Shown one piece after another: positions 47,098-56,451 of a DNA stretch of 64,000 nucleotides. The notes under the pieces are model-generated. The model worked only from the letters and a program-made list of their open reading frames with translations, was not told the origin of the DNA and did not search any database. The stretch's first letter is position 1, and each line of letters starts with the position of its first letter. A program made the translations under genes and the position numbers. The stretch covers positions 14,496 to 78,495 of the forward strand of contig JALHMV010000002.1 of assembly GCA_022843855.1 (NCBI GenBank), written 5' to 3'. Source of the stretch: Patescibacteria group bacterium. GTDB lineage: Bacteria; Patescibacteriota; UBA1384; 2-12-FULL-50-11.

Positions 47098-47256
47098 ATG
47101 GGAGTCAAACACGCAAGTCAGAAAAGGGTTGCCGCCAAGCGCAGCGAAAAGAAGCGCAACCGTCAGGCACGTCGGGCAAAACGGAAAGCCGAGCAAGAAC
47201 TGCGTATCGAAGCCGCTCGGGGTCAGCGACTAGGGGGGTCGTTCGCTCGGGGCTAA
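47098..47256 (+). CDS. Small highly basic protein (52 aa)
   Basis: AAGGA SD; K/R-rich helix; downstream hairpin atcccct..aggggat-tttcttt. Confidence 0.55.
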   Translation: MGVKHASQKRVAAKRSEKKRNRQARRAKRKAEQELRIEAARGQRLGGSFARG

Positions 47257-47429
47257 GGGCAGCCCCGCTCACAACTTCATCGGATCCCCTCCGCCAGACA
47301 CGGCGCGAGGGGATTTTCTTTGCCTTAAATTTGTATGACTACAGGTATTACCATCGGCCGATGCTGCGTCTTACCACCAGCTAACGCCGGAGAAAAGCCG
47401 CAAATCTCATACGGACGCTTCCAATTTAA

Positions 47430-49505
47430 CTAGATCTGGATGACCACGGGAATAACCATGGGCCGACGCTGCGTCTTTTCAAACAAGAGGTCCCCGACCG
47501 ATTCGCGCAGTTCCTTCTTTAAGGATTCCCAGCTTGGCTTGCCGCGACTGGTCAGGCGGGTGTGAACGCGCTTAATCTCGGCACGAGCTTGCGAGATAAG
47601 ATCCTCCGATTCTTTCATATAGACAAAACCGCGGGAGATGATATCGGGACTGGTCAGCATCTGGCCCTTTTTGCCGTCGAGCGTCAGGATAACCAAGAAG
47701 ACGCCGTCAGCGGCCATCGTTTGACGGTCGCGCAAGACGATCTCGCCGACGTCACCGACACCGAGACCGTCAATTAATACCGAGCCGACATGAACTTTTT
47801 CGTCAGCAATTTTGCCGTTGCCCTTGAGGTCAAACTCTAAGACTTGGCCGTTTTCGATGATGAGGACGTCCTCTTCTTTAGTGCCAAGCTCGACGCAGAG
47901 CTTGCGCATCTCAACAAATCGGCGGTAATCACCGTGAATCGGAACAACGTATCTTGGCTTCACGATGTTTAAGATGTGCTTAATCTCTTCCCTGGAACCG
48001 TGACCAGATGAGTGAATGTCGAGCTCCGACTTGGTAATGACTTCAGCGCCCGCTCGGTACAAGTTGTTGATCGAGAGTTCGACGGCCCGCTCGTTGCCCG
48101 GAACGGTTGAGCTCGACAGAACGACGGTATCGCCTTTTTTGATCCGGACGTGGCGGTGTTCGCCGGCAGCCATTCGGGTCAGAGCCGAGCCTTCCTCACC
48201 CTGGGAGCCAGTACACATGACAACGATTTTATCGTCCGGCAAGCTGTTGATCGTTCGAATATCACTAATCAGGCCTTTTGGCACGTTGAGATACCCTAGA
48301 TCCATGGCGATATTGGTGTTGCGCTCCATCGAGCGACCGGCCAAAAACAGCTTGCGGCCGGTTTTGGCACAGGCATTGATGATGTGTTGAATCCGATCGA
48401 TTCGGGAAGCAAAACTCGAAACAATGACACGCCCTCGGATATCTTTGAGGACGTCTTCAAGCGACTTACTGACAACCGTTTCGCTGAGTGTGTGGCCCGG
48501 AACCAGGACGCCCGTTGAGTCAGTTAACATACAGAGCACACCGCGCTTGGACAGCTCAGCCAGCTTGTCGAAATCAGTTGGTTTGCCGAAGGCGGGGGTA
48601 AAGTCGACTTTCCAGTCGGTGGCGTGGTAAACCAAGCCAGCCGGCGTCGTAAACGCCAGGCCAAGAATATCTGGGATCGAGTGCGTCATCTGGACAGGTT
48701 CGAGCAGGAAGGCGCCGATCTGAATCTTTTGCCCCGGCAAGATGATGCGAAATTCGGCGTTGGTGATACCGTGCTCTTCAAACTTTGCCTTAATAAAGCC
48801 GGCGGTCAGCGGGGCGGTATAGATCGGGACTGGGAATTTTGGCCAGATGTACGGCATGCCGCCGATGTGGTCTTCGTGGCCGTGAGTGATGACAAAAGCG
48901 CGGATTCGGTCGCGGTTTTCTTCGAGATAGGTGGTGTCGCAGACAACGTAATCGATACCCGGCATGTCGGGGGTGGGAAACTTAACACCAGCGTCGACGA
49001 CGATGATATCACGGTCGTACTCGAAGACGAGCATGTTCTTGTCGCCGGTTTCACCGCTTCCGCCGAGCGGAATGATTCGTAGCTTCTCACCATGGCCTTG
49101 GCTGATAATTTTACCTTCGAATGGCTTGACCATCGGTTTGGCCTTAGCTGCTCGCTTCATATTACGGTTGCGTGCCGAACGAGTAACGCCGCCGCCGTTA
49201 TGGTGACGAGGCCGGTTGTCTATCGGTCGGCCAGTATTCTCCTTGGTTTGGCCATCCGGATTAGCCGGGGTAGTTGGAGCGTCGACAGTGGGGCGCGAGA
49301 GCGCTAGACCGTTATGACTGCGGTCGCGGTGCACTGGTCGTGGTCGATTATTGTGGCGGCGGTTACGCCCCCGGTTTTGGTCGCTGTTTGGTCGTGGGCC
49401 TCTCTTTTGAAAGTTGGGCTGCAGGACTGAACCAGCGTCGCTGATATCTACCAGATCGCGGTTATTAGTTGGCGCATCAGTAGCGTCGCTGTTAGTTTCG
49501 GTCAA
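47430..49505 (-). CDS. rnj: Ribonuclease J with long disordered N-terminal extension
   Basis: THGHEDHIGG, THSIPD, TGSQGE, HSSGHG, PIHGD; probable TTG start at 49505 after AAAGGA. Confidence 0.94.
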   Translation of the reverse strand: MTETNSDATDAPTNNRDLVDISDAGSVLQPNFQKRGPRPNSDQNRGRNRRHNNRPRPVHRDRSHNGLALSRPTVDAPTTPANPDGQTKENTGRPIDNRPRHHNGGGVTRSARNRNMKRAAKAKPMVKPFEGKIISQGHGEKLRIIPLGGSGETGDKNMLVFEYDRDIIVVDAGVKFPTPDMPGIDYVVCDTTYLEENRDRIRAFVITHGHEDHIGGMPYIWPKFPVPIYTAPLTAGFIKAKFEEHGITNAEFRIILPGQKIQIGAFLLEPVQMTHSIPDILGLAFTTPAGLVYHATDWKVDFTPAFGKPTDFDKLAELSKRGVLCMLTDSTGVLVPGHTLSETVVSKSLEDVLKDIRGRVIVSSFASRIDRIQHIINACAKTGRKLFLAGRSMERNTNIAMDLGYLNVPKGLISDIRTINSLPDDKIVVMCTGSQGEEGSALTRMAAGEHRHVRIKKGDTVVLSSSTVPGNERAVELSINNLYRAGAEVITKSELDIHSSGHGSREEIKHILNIVKPRYVVPIHGDYRRFVEMRKLCVELGTKEEDVLIIENGQVLEFDLKGNGKIADEKVHVGSVLIDGLGVGDVGEIVLRDRQTMAADGVFLVILTLDGKKGQMLTSPDIISRGFVYMKESEDLISQARAEIKRVHTRLTSRGKPSWESLKKELRESVGDLLFEKTQRRPMVIPVVIQI

Positions 49506-49610
49506 AGTACATTCCTTTCTATGAATCTTTCTAAATGGTGACAACTTCGTGGGGAGTACAGAAGTAGTCCGCTTATGTACAAGCTATTATGCACGGAACC
49601 GCGCTGAAAG

Positions 49611-50183
49611 TCAATCGCTCGGCGCTATCTCGTCCATATACTCCGGGATTTTTGAAAAGTCGTCGAGAAGCGTCTGGCGCATACCGCCATTGTATAAAGC
49701 GGCAGCAGGGTGGTAGAGCGGCAGGTATTGTTGGCCGTCTTTTTCAATCAGTTGGCCGTGAATTTGACTGATCGTTTTACCTATGTCCCCCAAGAACGCG
49801 CCCATCGAATGCCGGCCTAAAAAGCAGATAAGCTTGGGCTGAATAATCGCAATCTGCTTTTTGAGAAACGGTAGCTGCAAGGCGATCTCATCTGGTTCGG
49901 GATCGCGGTTCCCCGGCGGTTGGTATTTAATAATATTGGCGATAAAGACGTCTTCGCGCTCCAACCCGATCGAATTGAGCATCTCTTCTAAGAACTTGCC
50001 GGCGGCGCCGACAAACGGCCGGCCAGTTTCGTTCTCTTTGGCACCAGGCGCTTCACCGATAAACATAATCTCGGCGTCCGGGTTGCCCTCGCCGGGCACC
50101 GGATTCTGATTAGGTACGTATTTGCACCGCTCGCAGGCAGCGATCCGTTTAGCAACTTCGGCCAACGCTTCTTCTTTAGTCAT
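49611..50183 (-). CDS. Uracil-DNA glycosylase family 4
   Basis: GEGNP.A.IMFIGEAPG..E..GRPFVGAAG, PPGNRDP, YHPAAALY. Confidence 0.93.
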   Translation of the reverse strand: MTKEEALAEVAKRIAACERCKYVPNQNPVPGEGNPDAEIMFIGEAPGAKENETGRPFVGAAGKFLEEMLNSIGLEREDVFIANIIKYQPPGNRDPEPDEIALQLPFLKKQIAIIQPKLICFLGRHSMGAFLGDIGKTISQIHGQLIEKDGQQYLPLYHPAAALYNGGMRQTLLDDFSKIPEYMDEIAPSD

Positions 50184-50293
50184 TCTTCGTTATTGCGAGC
50201 ACACCGCCAGAAAGCACGTCATACGGTGAGTATGTTGCTGGTATACCAAAAAGAAAACGAGGCGGGTAGCCTCGTTTCAAAAGAACGATCGCT

Positions 50294-51373
50294 TTACGGA
50301 CGGCGGCGCCTGGCGACAGCGATGAGGACCGCCAGTCCGATGAGCCCGCTCGGTTCGGGAACCGGTGTCATCAGGTACGGACGAACGAACCCCTCATACA
50401 CGCCGGTGCCGACGATCTGTCCGCGGTCGTTAACGTCGCTGGCCGCCAGGAGCCGCCAGCCCGCGCGCGGATCAATCAAGCTCTCGAGCGCGACGACCTG
50501 GCCAGATCGCCAGAGACAAGGGGTAGTGAGGCCACCCCAGTAGATCGTCTCACCGACGATCAGCCCACCCTCGTTGATCGCGTGGGCCCGAGATCCCACC
50601 CCGCCGGGCAGTAGACCGAGGTCGCCGCCGCTCCCGTCCTGCCACCAGAAAGCTCGATCGTAATCCCAGAGATACCACCCAACGACTCGGCCGGCTTCGG
50701 TAATACCCGTCGCGTGGTGCTCGCGACTACCGAACCCGAAACCGGTGATCGTTTGGCCGCGCCAAACGAAGGCTTCCAGTTCGTTGGTTGCTCGGTTTTC
50801 GTTCTGTCCAACGATATCGCCGTGATCGTTACTCCCACCGACGGTACTGGAGAGGAAGTCGTAGAAGTCCGCTAAGCGGAATCCGCCCTCTCGAGGCCAG
50901 GCGATCGCCCGACTGACGGTTCGCCAACCGCCGTGCGGATGCTGAACGGTATGCCAGCTATTGCCGGCGGCCTGACCGTCGCGATTGACGGTGACGGCTT
51001 CGCTGCCTCGGGGAAGCGGCCAGTTTGGTTCCGGCAGGTGAAAGGCAACGCCGCCTTCCCAGGCAACGGCGGCGCTCCGATCGGGAAAGGTGTATTGGGC
51101 GGCGCCGACGACGCGAGCGGCGTCATTAATGTCTCGAGCGAGCGTCCCGACGCTACCTGGGACAGTCAGCCAAGTCGTCCGACCGTTCTCCCAAACGAAA
51201 GCTTGTGGTCGACTGCCAACAGTCGCTTGACGATAGCCGACGACTTGACCGACGTTATTGACCGCCGTCGCGGCGCTCGACCAGCCGCCGACTTCAAGAC
51301 CGGTAACAACGTAGGCCTGCCCCCAAGAGATCAGCGGCCCCAGAACGAGGGTGGAGAGAAGGACTCGTCTCAT
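50294..51373 (-). CDS. HAF-repeat extracellular protein with PEP-CTERM sorting signal
   Basis: Signal peptide; repeats A..IN..GQVVG..AFVW; C-terminal VPEPS, TM, RRRR. Confidence 0.85.
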   Translation of the reverse strand: MRRVLLSTLVLGPLISWGQAYVVTGLEVGGWSSAATAVNNVGQVVGYRQATVGSRPQAFVWENGRTTWLTVPGSVGTLARDINDAARVVGAAQYTFPDRSAAVAWEGGVAFHLPEPNWPLPRGSEAVTVNRDGQAAGNSWHTVQHPHGGWRTVSRAIAWPREGGFRLADFYDFLSSTVGGSNDHGDIVGQNENRATNELEAFVWRGQTITGFGFGSREHHATGITEAGRVVGWYLWDYDRAFWWQDGSGGDLGLLPGGVGSRAHAINEGGLIVGETIYWGGLTTPCLWRSGQVVALESLIDPRAGWRLLAASDVNDRGQIVGTGVYEGFVRPYLMTPVPEPSGLIGLAVLIAVARRRRP

Positions 51374-51608
51374 GATTGTGCTCCAGATTGACAAAGGGCA
51401 CGACCCCAAACGAACGGAATCGTCCTTCCACTCTAGCATCCGTCGCAGCAAGCGCGATATCCCAAACCGATACGAATCGGTAGCGCTCCTCAGCTCGAGC
51501 GGTGAGCGGGAACGTCGATCAACCAATTCGAACGAGTGAGATGCGTTCGGACGCTATCAAGCCCGTACCCAGATAGCCCGCCGCTCGCCAGAAAGCCACA
51601 GGATAAAC

Positions 51609-53714
51609 TTACCCGATACGCACTAACGAGATTCGACCCCTCTCTGAATCGACGTCCTTGATCCGAACCTTAATCCGGTCACCAATTTTGACCACATCAG
51701 AGACTTTTTGAACAAATTGGCCGTTCAAGCCAAGACTCGAGACGTGAACCATACCGTCGCGGTTTGGCCCAAGCGTAACGATCGCGCCGATCTCGTTGCC
51801 GCGGATCTTATCTTTCACGATCGAAACGACTTCCCCCTCAAACTCTTCGCCGACCTTCGGCGGAATACCGATCGATTCGACGATCTTTTTGACGCGCTCG
51901 GCTTTCTCAGCGTCAGCGGAGGTAATCATGACCGAGCCGTCGTCATCGATATCAATATTCAAGACTTCGCGGCCGCCCTCGGCGTCGATAATACCGTTAA
52001 TCATTTTGCCGCCTGGGCCGATCAGCTCGCCGATCTTCTCCGGATCGATTGTGGTGACGATAATGCGCGGCGCGAATTTGGAAAGTTCTTTTTTCGGTGC
52101 TGGTAGCGTCTTTTCGATCACGTCCATAATCTGCATCCGCGCTGTATAGGCTTTGGCAAACGTATCGCGAATCATCGCTTCGGTGAGGCCTTTGTTCTTG
52201 ACGTCAAGCTGAATCGCGGTAATGCCGTCGCGGGTGCCAGCGATTTTGAAGTCCATCTCCCCGGCAAAGTCCTCTAGGCCCTGAAGGTCAGTTAGCACCT
52301 GAAATTCGTCGTCGGTCTTTCCTGTCACCAAACCCATCGCGATACCAGCGACTGGCTTTTCGATCGGGACGCCGGCCGCCATGAGCGACAGCGTCGAACC
52401 GACAACCGCCGCCATCGAGGTTGAGCCGTTGGAGCCCATGATCTCACTGACAACCCGAATCGTGTACGGAAACTCGTCGCGAGCCGGGATAACGGGAACG
52501 AGCGCTTTTTCGGCTAAGGCCCCGTGACCGATCTCGCGGCGACCGGTGCCAAGGCGACGAACCTCACCCGTTGAGTACGGCGGAAAGTTGTAGTGGTGGA
52601 TGTAGCGCTTTTTCCAAAGCGAATCCAAGCCCTCAACCCACTGCTCGTCGCTTGGGCCGGCCAGAGTCGTGATCGTCAGCGAACTGGTCTCCCCGCGACT
52701 GAAGAGCGCGGAACCATGGACGCGCGGCAGAAGATCGATCTCAGCCGAAAGCTCGCGAACCTCATCCATTCCTCGGCCATCAGGACGTTTTTTGTCATCG
52801 ATAATCAACGACTTAATCGCTTTAAAGTACGCGGCTTCAACGGCGCTTTTAATCTCTTGGGCTTCAAACTTTTCGCCGAGTTCCTCGAGCGCTTGTGTTG
52901 TGATAGCTGACACTAGGTCTTCTCGCTTGTCGTAATCGGTCTCGGTAACAGCTTTGGCCAGATCTTTGCCGAATTTTTCTTTTACCAAGCCGTACGATTC
53001 TGGCTCAGTGTACTGAGAATCTTCTTTAGCCCCCCCGACAAATTCGCCCTGTGGAGCGTTGGCGGCCTTGAGCCCCTCGAGACCGACCATCATCGCCTCG
53101 ATCATCTCTTCTTCTGGCATCTCCAAGCTGGCAGCTTCGATCATGTTGATCTTTGTGTCCGAGCCAGCGACCAATAGGTCGAGTGTACTGTCTTCGAGCT
53201 GCGTGTTGGTTGGATTGAGAACGAGTGAGCCGTTGATCTTGGCAACTCGAACGGCAGCGATCGGACCTTCAAACGGCGCATCGGTCTGCAGTAGCGCACA
53301 CGACGCACCGACAACCGCTAGAGCCGACGGATCGTGCTCACCGTCGTACGACAGGGTCGTAACGATGATCTGAACGTCGCGACGGAAACTTTTCGGAAAC
53401 ATCGGTCGGATCGAGCGGTCGATGAGGCGGCCACGTAAGACAGATTCGTCAGATGGCTTATTTTCGCGCTTCATAAACTTCGAGCTCGAGATCTTACCAG
53501 CAGCGTAGAACCGCTCTTCGTAATCGACTGTTAACGGAAAGAAGTCCGTTCCTTCTTTCGCCGTTTTCGCGATTGTCGCCGTTACCAGCACAACCGTTTC
53601 CCCGTCCGTTACCGTCACTGCGCCGCTGGCGCGGCGAGCTAACTTACCGCTCTCCGCAATAATTTCGCGATCACCAAAAGGAATGGCGACGCGCTTGATC
53701 TTCGCTTCTTTCAT
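51609..53714 (-). CDS. pnp: Polyribonucleotide nucleotidyltransferase
   Basis: FFPLTVDYEE, RPDGR, RREIGHGALAE, SNGSTSMA, KH and S1 domains. Confidence 0.97.
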   Translation of the reverse strand: MKEAKIKRVAIPFGDREIIAESGKLARRASGAVTVTDGETVVLVTATIAKTAKEGTDFFPLTVDYEERFYAAGKISSSKFMKRENKPSDESVLRGRLIDRSIRPMFPKSFRRDVQIIVTTLSYDGEHDPSALAVVGASCALLQTDAPFEGPIAAVRVAKINGSLVLNPTNTQLEDSTLDLLVAGSDTKINMIEAASLEMPEEEMIEAMMVGLEGLKAANAPQGEFVGGAKEDSQYTEPESYGLVKEKFGKDLAKAVTETDYDKREDLVSAITTQALEELGEKFEAQEIKSAVEAAYFKAIKSLIIDDKKRPDGRGMDEVRELSAEIDLLPRVHGSALFSRGETSSLTITTLAGPSDEQWVEGLDSLWKKRYIHHYNFPPYSTGEVRRLGTGRREIGHGALAEKALVPVIPARDEFPYTIRVVSEIMGSNGSTSMAAVVGSTLSLMAAGVPIEKPVAGIAMGLVTGKTDDEFQVLTDLQGLEDFAGEMDFKIAGTRDGITAIQLDVKNKGLTEAMIRDTFAKAYTARMQIMDVIEKTLPAPKKELSKFAPRIIVTTIDPEKIGELIGPGGKMINGIIDAEGGREVLNIDIDDDGSVMITSADAEKAERVKKIVESIGIPPKVGEEFEGEVVSIVKDKIRGNEIGAIVTLGPNRDGMVHVSSLGLNGQFVQKVSDVVKIGDRIKVRIKDVDSERGRISLVRIG

Positions 53715-53743
53715 TACTTTCTCCCTAACTAGTTAGACTACCC

Positions 53744-54151
53744 TTACTTACGCAACCCCAGCTGAGCAATGAGGCTTTTGTAACGCTCGTTGCTTTTTTT
53801 CTCAAGGTAATTGAGTAGGCTGCGACGCTGGCCGATCATCTTCAGCAGGCCCATACGACTGTCATGGTCCTTTTTGTGCCCCTGAAGGTGCTTGGTGAGA
53901 GCATTAATCTTCTCGGTCAATACCGCAACCTGGACATCCGTCGACCCGGTGTCGTTATCGTGAGCTTGATACTTCTTAATAACCTTGGCTGTTTTGTTAT
54001 TGGCTTTCGGCGCTGCTTTCTTGGCAACGGCTTTAGGCGCAACCTCAACAGCTGGTTCGGCCGCGATCACCGGTTCGACGACTTCGGCCTCTTTTTTGGA
54101 GACCTTCTTGGCAACTGGCTTCTTAGCGGCTTTTTCTTTCTTCTCGCTCAT
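53744..54151 (-). CDS. rpsO: 30S ribosomal protein S15 with K/A/E/P-rich N-terminal extension
   Basis: [38 protein letters not shown]. Confidence 0.96.
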   Translation of the reverse strand: MSEKKEKAAKKPVAKKVSKKEAEVVEPVIAAEPAVEVAPKAVAKKAAPKANNKTAKVIKKYQAHDNDTGSTDVQVAVLTEKINALTKHLQGHKKDHDSRMGLLKMIGQRRSLLNYLEKKSNERYKSLIAQLGLRK

Positions 54152-54185
54152 GTGTGTTTTATTTTAACAAAGACGGGTCTGTTGT

Positions 54186-55373
54186 TCAACCAGTCGAACT
54201 GGTCCGTTGTTCACCCGGCAGCTTTTCGCCGTTGGGAACGCGCCAGTGGCGAATGGTATTAAGGATCGTTTCTTCTTTTTCTTGAATCGTCCCCTTCACT
54301 CGAAAACCGCTCGCCGCCGCGTGGCCGCCGCCGCCGAACAAACCGGCAATCTCGGAGACGTTACAGGTTGGGTTAATCGAACGCAGGTTGCCACGGACTT
54401 CGCCGTCACGATCGGTCAACAAGAGTGCAAAATCGGCGTCGCCGACGGACTTGGCCAACTCGTTTGCCAAACCAGAGCTCTCGCCAGCGCCGCCGCCGGT
54501 CTCGGCCATATCGGTTTCCGTGATCGTCGACCAGATGAATTTGTGCTTCTGATCCTGCTGAACTTTGGCGAGCATGCGACCCCATAGCCGCATTCGGGGC
54601 AGGGTGATAGAACGATAGATGCGCTCGATAATCTCCTGCTGACGCGCGCCCGCCGCTACCAACTGCGCCGCGACGGTCAGCGACTTAGGGGTCGGCCGAT
54701 GTTGGAAGCTCCCGGTATCAGTAATCAGCCCGGTTAGTAAGCAGGTGGCGATATCGGCATCAAGGAGCGGCTCGTCGCGACCGAGCGATTCAACGAGCGA
54801 AACCAGAATCTCACACGTCGACGTAGCGGTCAGATCGACCCAGTTAACCTTGGCGAAGTGATTGTTGTCGGCGTGATGGTCGATGCTAATTGTCGGTACT
54901 TCGTAAAACAGGTCAGCGAACTGATCTTTGAGCGGACCGATTCGGTCAAGGTTAGAACAGTCGAGCATGACGATAAGGTCGTACTTAGGAAGCGACGACT
55001 CGATCGTTACGTCTTCTGGCTTTAGGCTCCCGCGCGGTGGCGTCACAATAATCTTGATTCGGTGCTCGTCTGGAAGTTTTTTATAACCAAGCTGCAGCTC
55101 CTCACCTGTCTGGCGCGTATCGACGGTTAAAACAAGGTCGTTACTGCCAACCAGCTCGGTTTTTGCCTGGTCGTAGCCTGGCAAGTACGAGAAAACGTCG
55201 CCGATCGTACCCTGAAAAACGGTATCAACCGTTTTACCGAGCTTGAGAAGCGCTAAATGAAGCGCAAGCGCCGAGCCAAGAGCGTCGCCGTCCGGGTCTC
55301 GGTGCGTCAAAATCAGTACTGTTTTCGCCTGCTTAATTAGCTCTACCGCTTGGGCCTTGGGCGTTGTTTCCAT
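54186..55373 (-). CDS. DHH/DHHA1 phosphoesterase (NrnA-like)
   Basis: HRDPDGDALGS, IDHH, TDTGSF, GGGHAAASG; start METTPK at 55373. Confidence 0.9.
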   Translation of the reverse strand: METTPKAQAVELIKQAKTVLILTHRDPDGDALGSALALHLALLKLGKTVDTVFQGTIGDVFSYLPGYDQAKTELVGSNDLVLTVDTRQTGEELQLGYKKLPDEHRIKIIVTPPRGSLKPEDVTIESSLPKYDLIVMLDCSNLDRIGPLKDQFADLFYEVPTISIDHHADNNHFAKVNWVDLTATSTCEILVSLVESLGRDEPLLDADIATCLLTGLITDTGSFQHRPTPKSLTVAAQLVAAGARQQEIIERIYRSITLPRMRLWGRMLAKVQQDQKHKFIWSTITETDMAETGGGAGESSGLANELAKSVGDADFALLLTDRDGEVRGNLRSINPTCNVSEIAGLFGGGGHAAASGFRVKGTIQEKEETILNTIRHWRVPNGEKLPGEQRTSSTG

Positions 55374-55476
55374 GTCTTGTGCAGTATAGCGCCCAACAGA
55401 GAAAAAGCAAGACTCCAAAGACCGATAGTGAAAGGGTTTACAGGTAAGGCAGCGACCGGTATAATTCTTGCTAGAA

Positions 55477-55812
55477 ATGCCAATTTCTAAGTCCGCCAAA
55501 AAAGCCCTCCGCGTCGCCGAGAAGAAGACCGAAATCAACCGTCGCCGCAAAACTGCCCTCAAGTCCAGCTTGAAGGGTGTTTCAACCAGCACGATTAGCA
55601 AGGCTTTTTCGATGATCGATAAGGCTGCTAAGTGGGGCATCATCGAGCCAAATAAAGCTGCTCGGATGAAGTCCCAGCTCGCCAAGCAGGTTGGTTCGAC
55701 CCCCGCCGCTGACAAGTCAACCAAGGCTACTCCCAAGAAGTCGGCCAAGACAGCTACTCCAAAAAAGACCGCCACACCAAAGCCCGCCTCCAAGAAAACG
55801 ACCAAAAAGTAA
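55477..55812 (+). CDS. rpsT: 30S ribosomal protein S20 with internal shortening and K/A/T-rich C-terminal tail
   Basis: MPISKSAKKALR..IDKAAK.GII..NKAARMKS. Confidence 0.92.
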   Translation: MPISKSAKKALRVAEKKTEINRRRKTALKSSLKGVSTSTISKAFSMIDKAAKWGIIEPNKAARMKSQLAKQVGSTPAADKSTKATPKKSAKTATPKKTATPKPASKKTTKK

Positions 55813-55849
55813 CGTGGCCGCCTCCGTCGGAATACCGTAGAGTAGATCT

Positions 55850-56410
55850 ATGCGATCGACGGGCTTTTTGGGCGCCTCAACAACTTTTTTCGAAATAACC
55901 AAATATCTCCTTCTGGCGGTTGTTCTAATCGCCGCTATCTTTACGCTCGTCGGCGTGCCGCTCCTTATCGAAGGTGTGAGCATGCAACCCAACTTTAAAA
56001 CCGGTGAGATCGTCGTCATCGAACGCCTCAGCTATCTGGGCGATAGGCCAGTAAAGCGCGGCGACGTTGTGGCCGCTACGTTTCCCGGCGACCCGAAGCG
56101 AACCCGCCTCATTAAACGCGTCATCGGCCTCCCGGGCGAAACGGTGACGCTTGTGAACGGTCGATTTAGCATCAACAACCAACCTCTGACAGAAATATAC
56201 GACATCACCCCCGGCACGCCGCCGTACCAGGAATTGGAGACGGTACTCCTCAAGGCAGACGAATACTTTCTATCTGGCGATAATCGGCCAGGTTCCTCAG
56301 ATTCACGCTTGTGGGGACCGGTCACCCGCGCCGATATACAAGGCCGCGCAAGCTACGTTGTTTGGCCGCTTCGGTCGGTCCGGTACGTTGATCGGTTGAT
56401 GCCACGTTAG
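55850..56410 (+). CDS. lepB: Signal peptidase I
   Basis: GVSMQPN, IKRVIGLPGE, GDNR..SSDSR.WG. Confidence 0.93.
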   Translation: MRSTGFLGASTTFFEITKYLLLAVVLIAAIFTLVGVPLLIEGVSMQPNFKTGEIVVIERLSYLGDRPVKRGDVVAATFPGDPKRTRLIKRVIGLPGETVTLVNGRFSINNQPLTEIYDITPGTPPYQELETVLLKADEYFLSGDNRPGSSDSRLWGPVTRADIQGRASYVVWPLRSVRYVDRLMPR

Positions 56411-56451
56411 CTGACAGGAAATACTGAAAGCTCTACTCAGGCGGCTCTTTG

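Noticed and set aside
55374-55805. 143-aa N-terminal extension of the DHH protein
   Set aside because: Antisense to rpsT; the ATG at 55373 follows a TATACT box.
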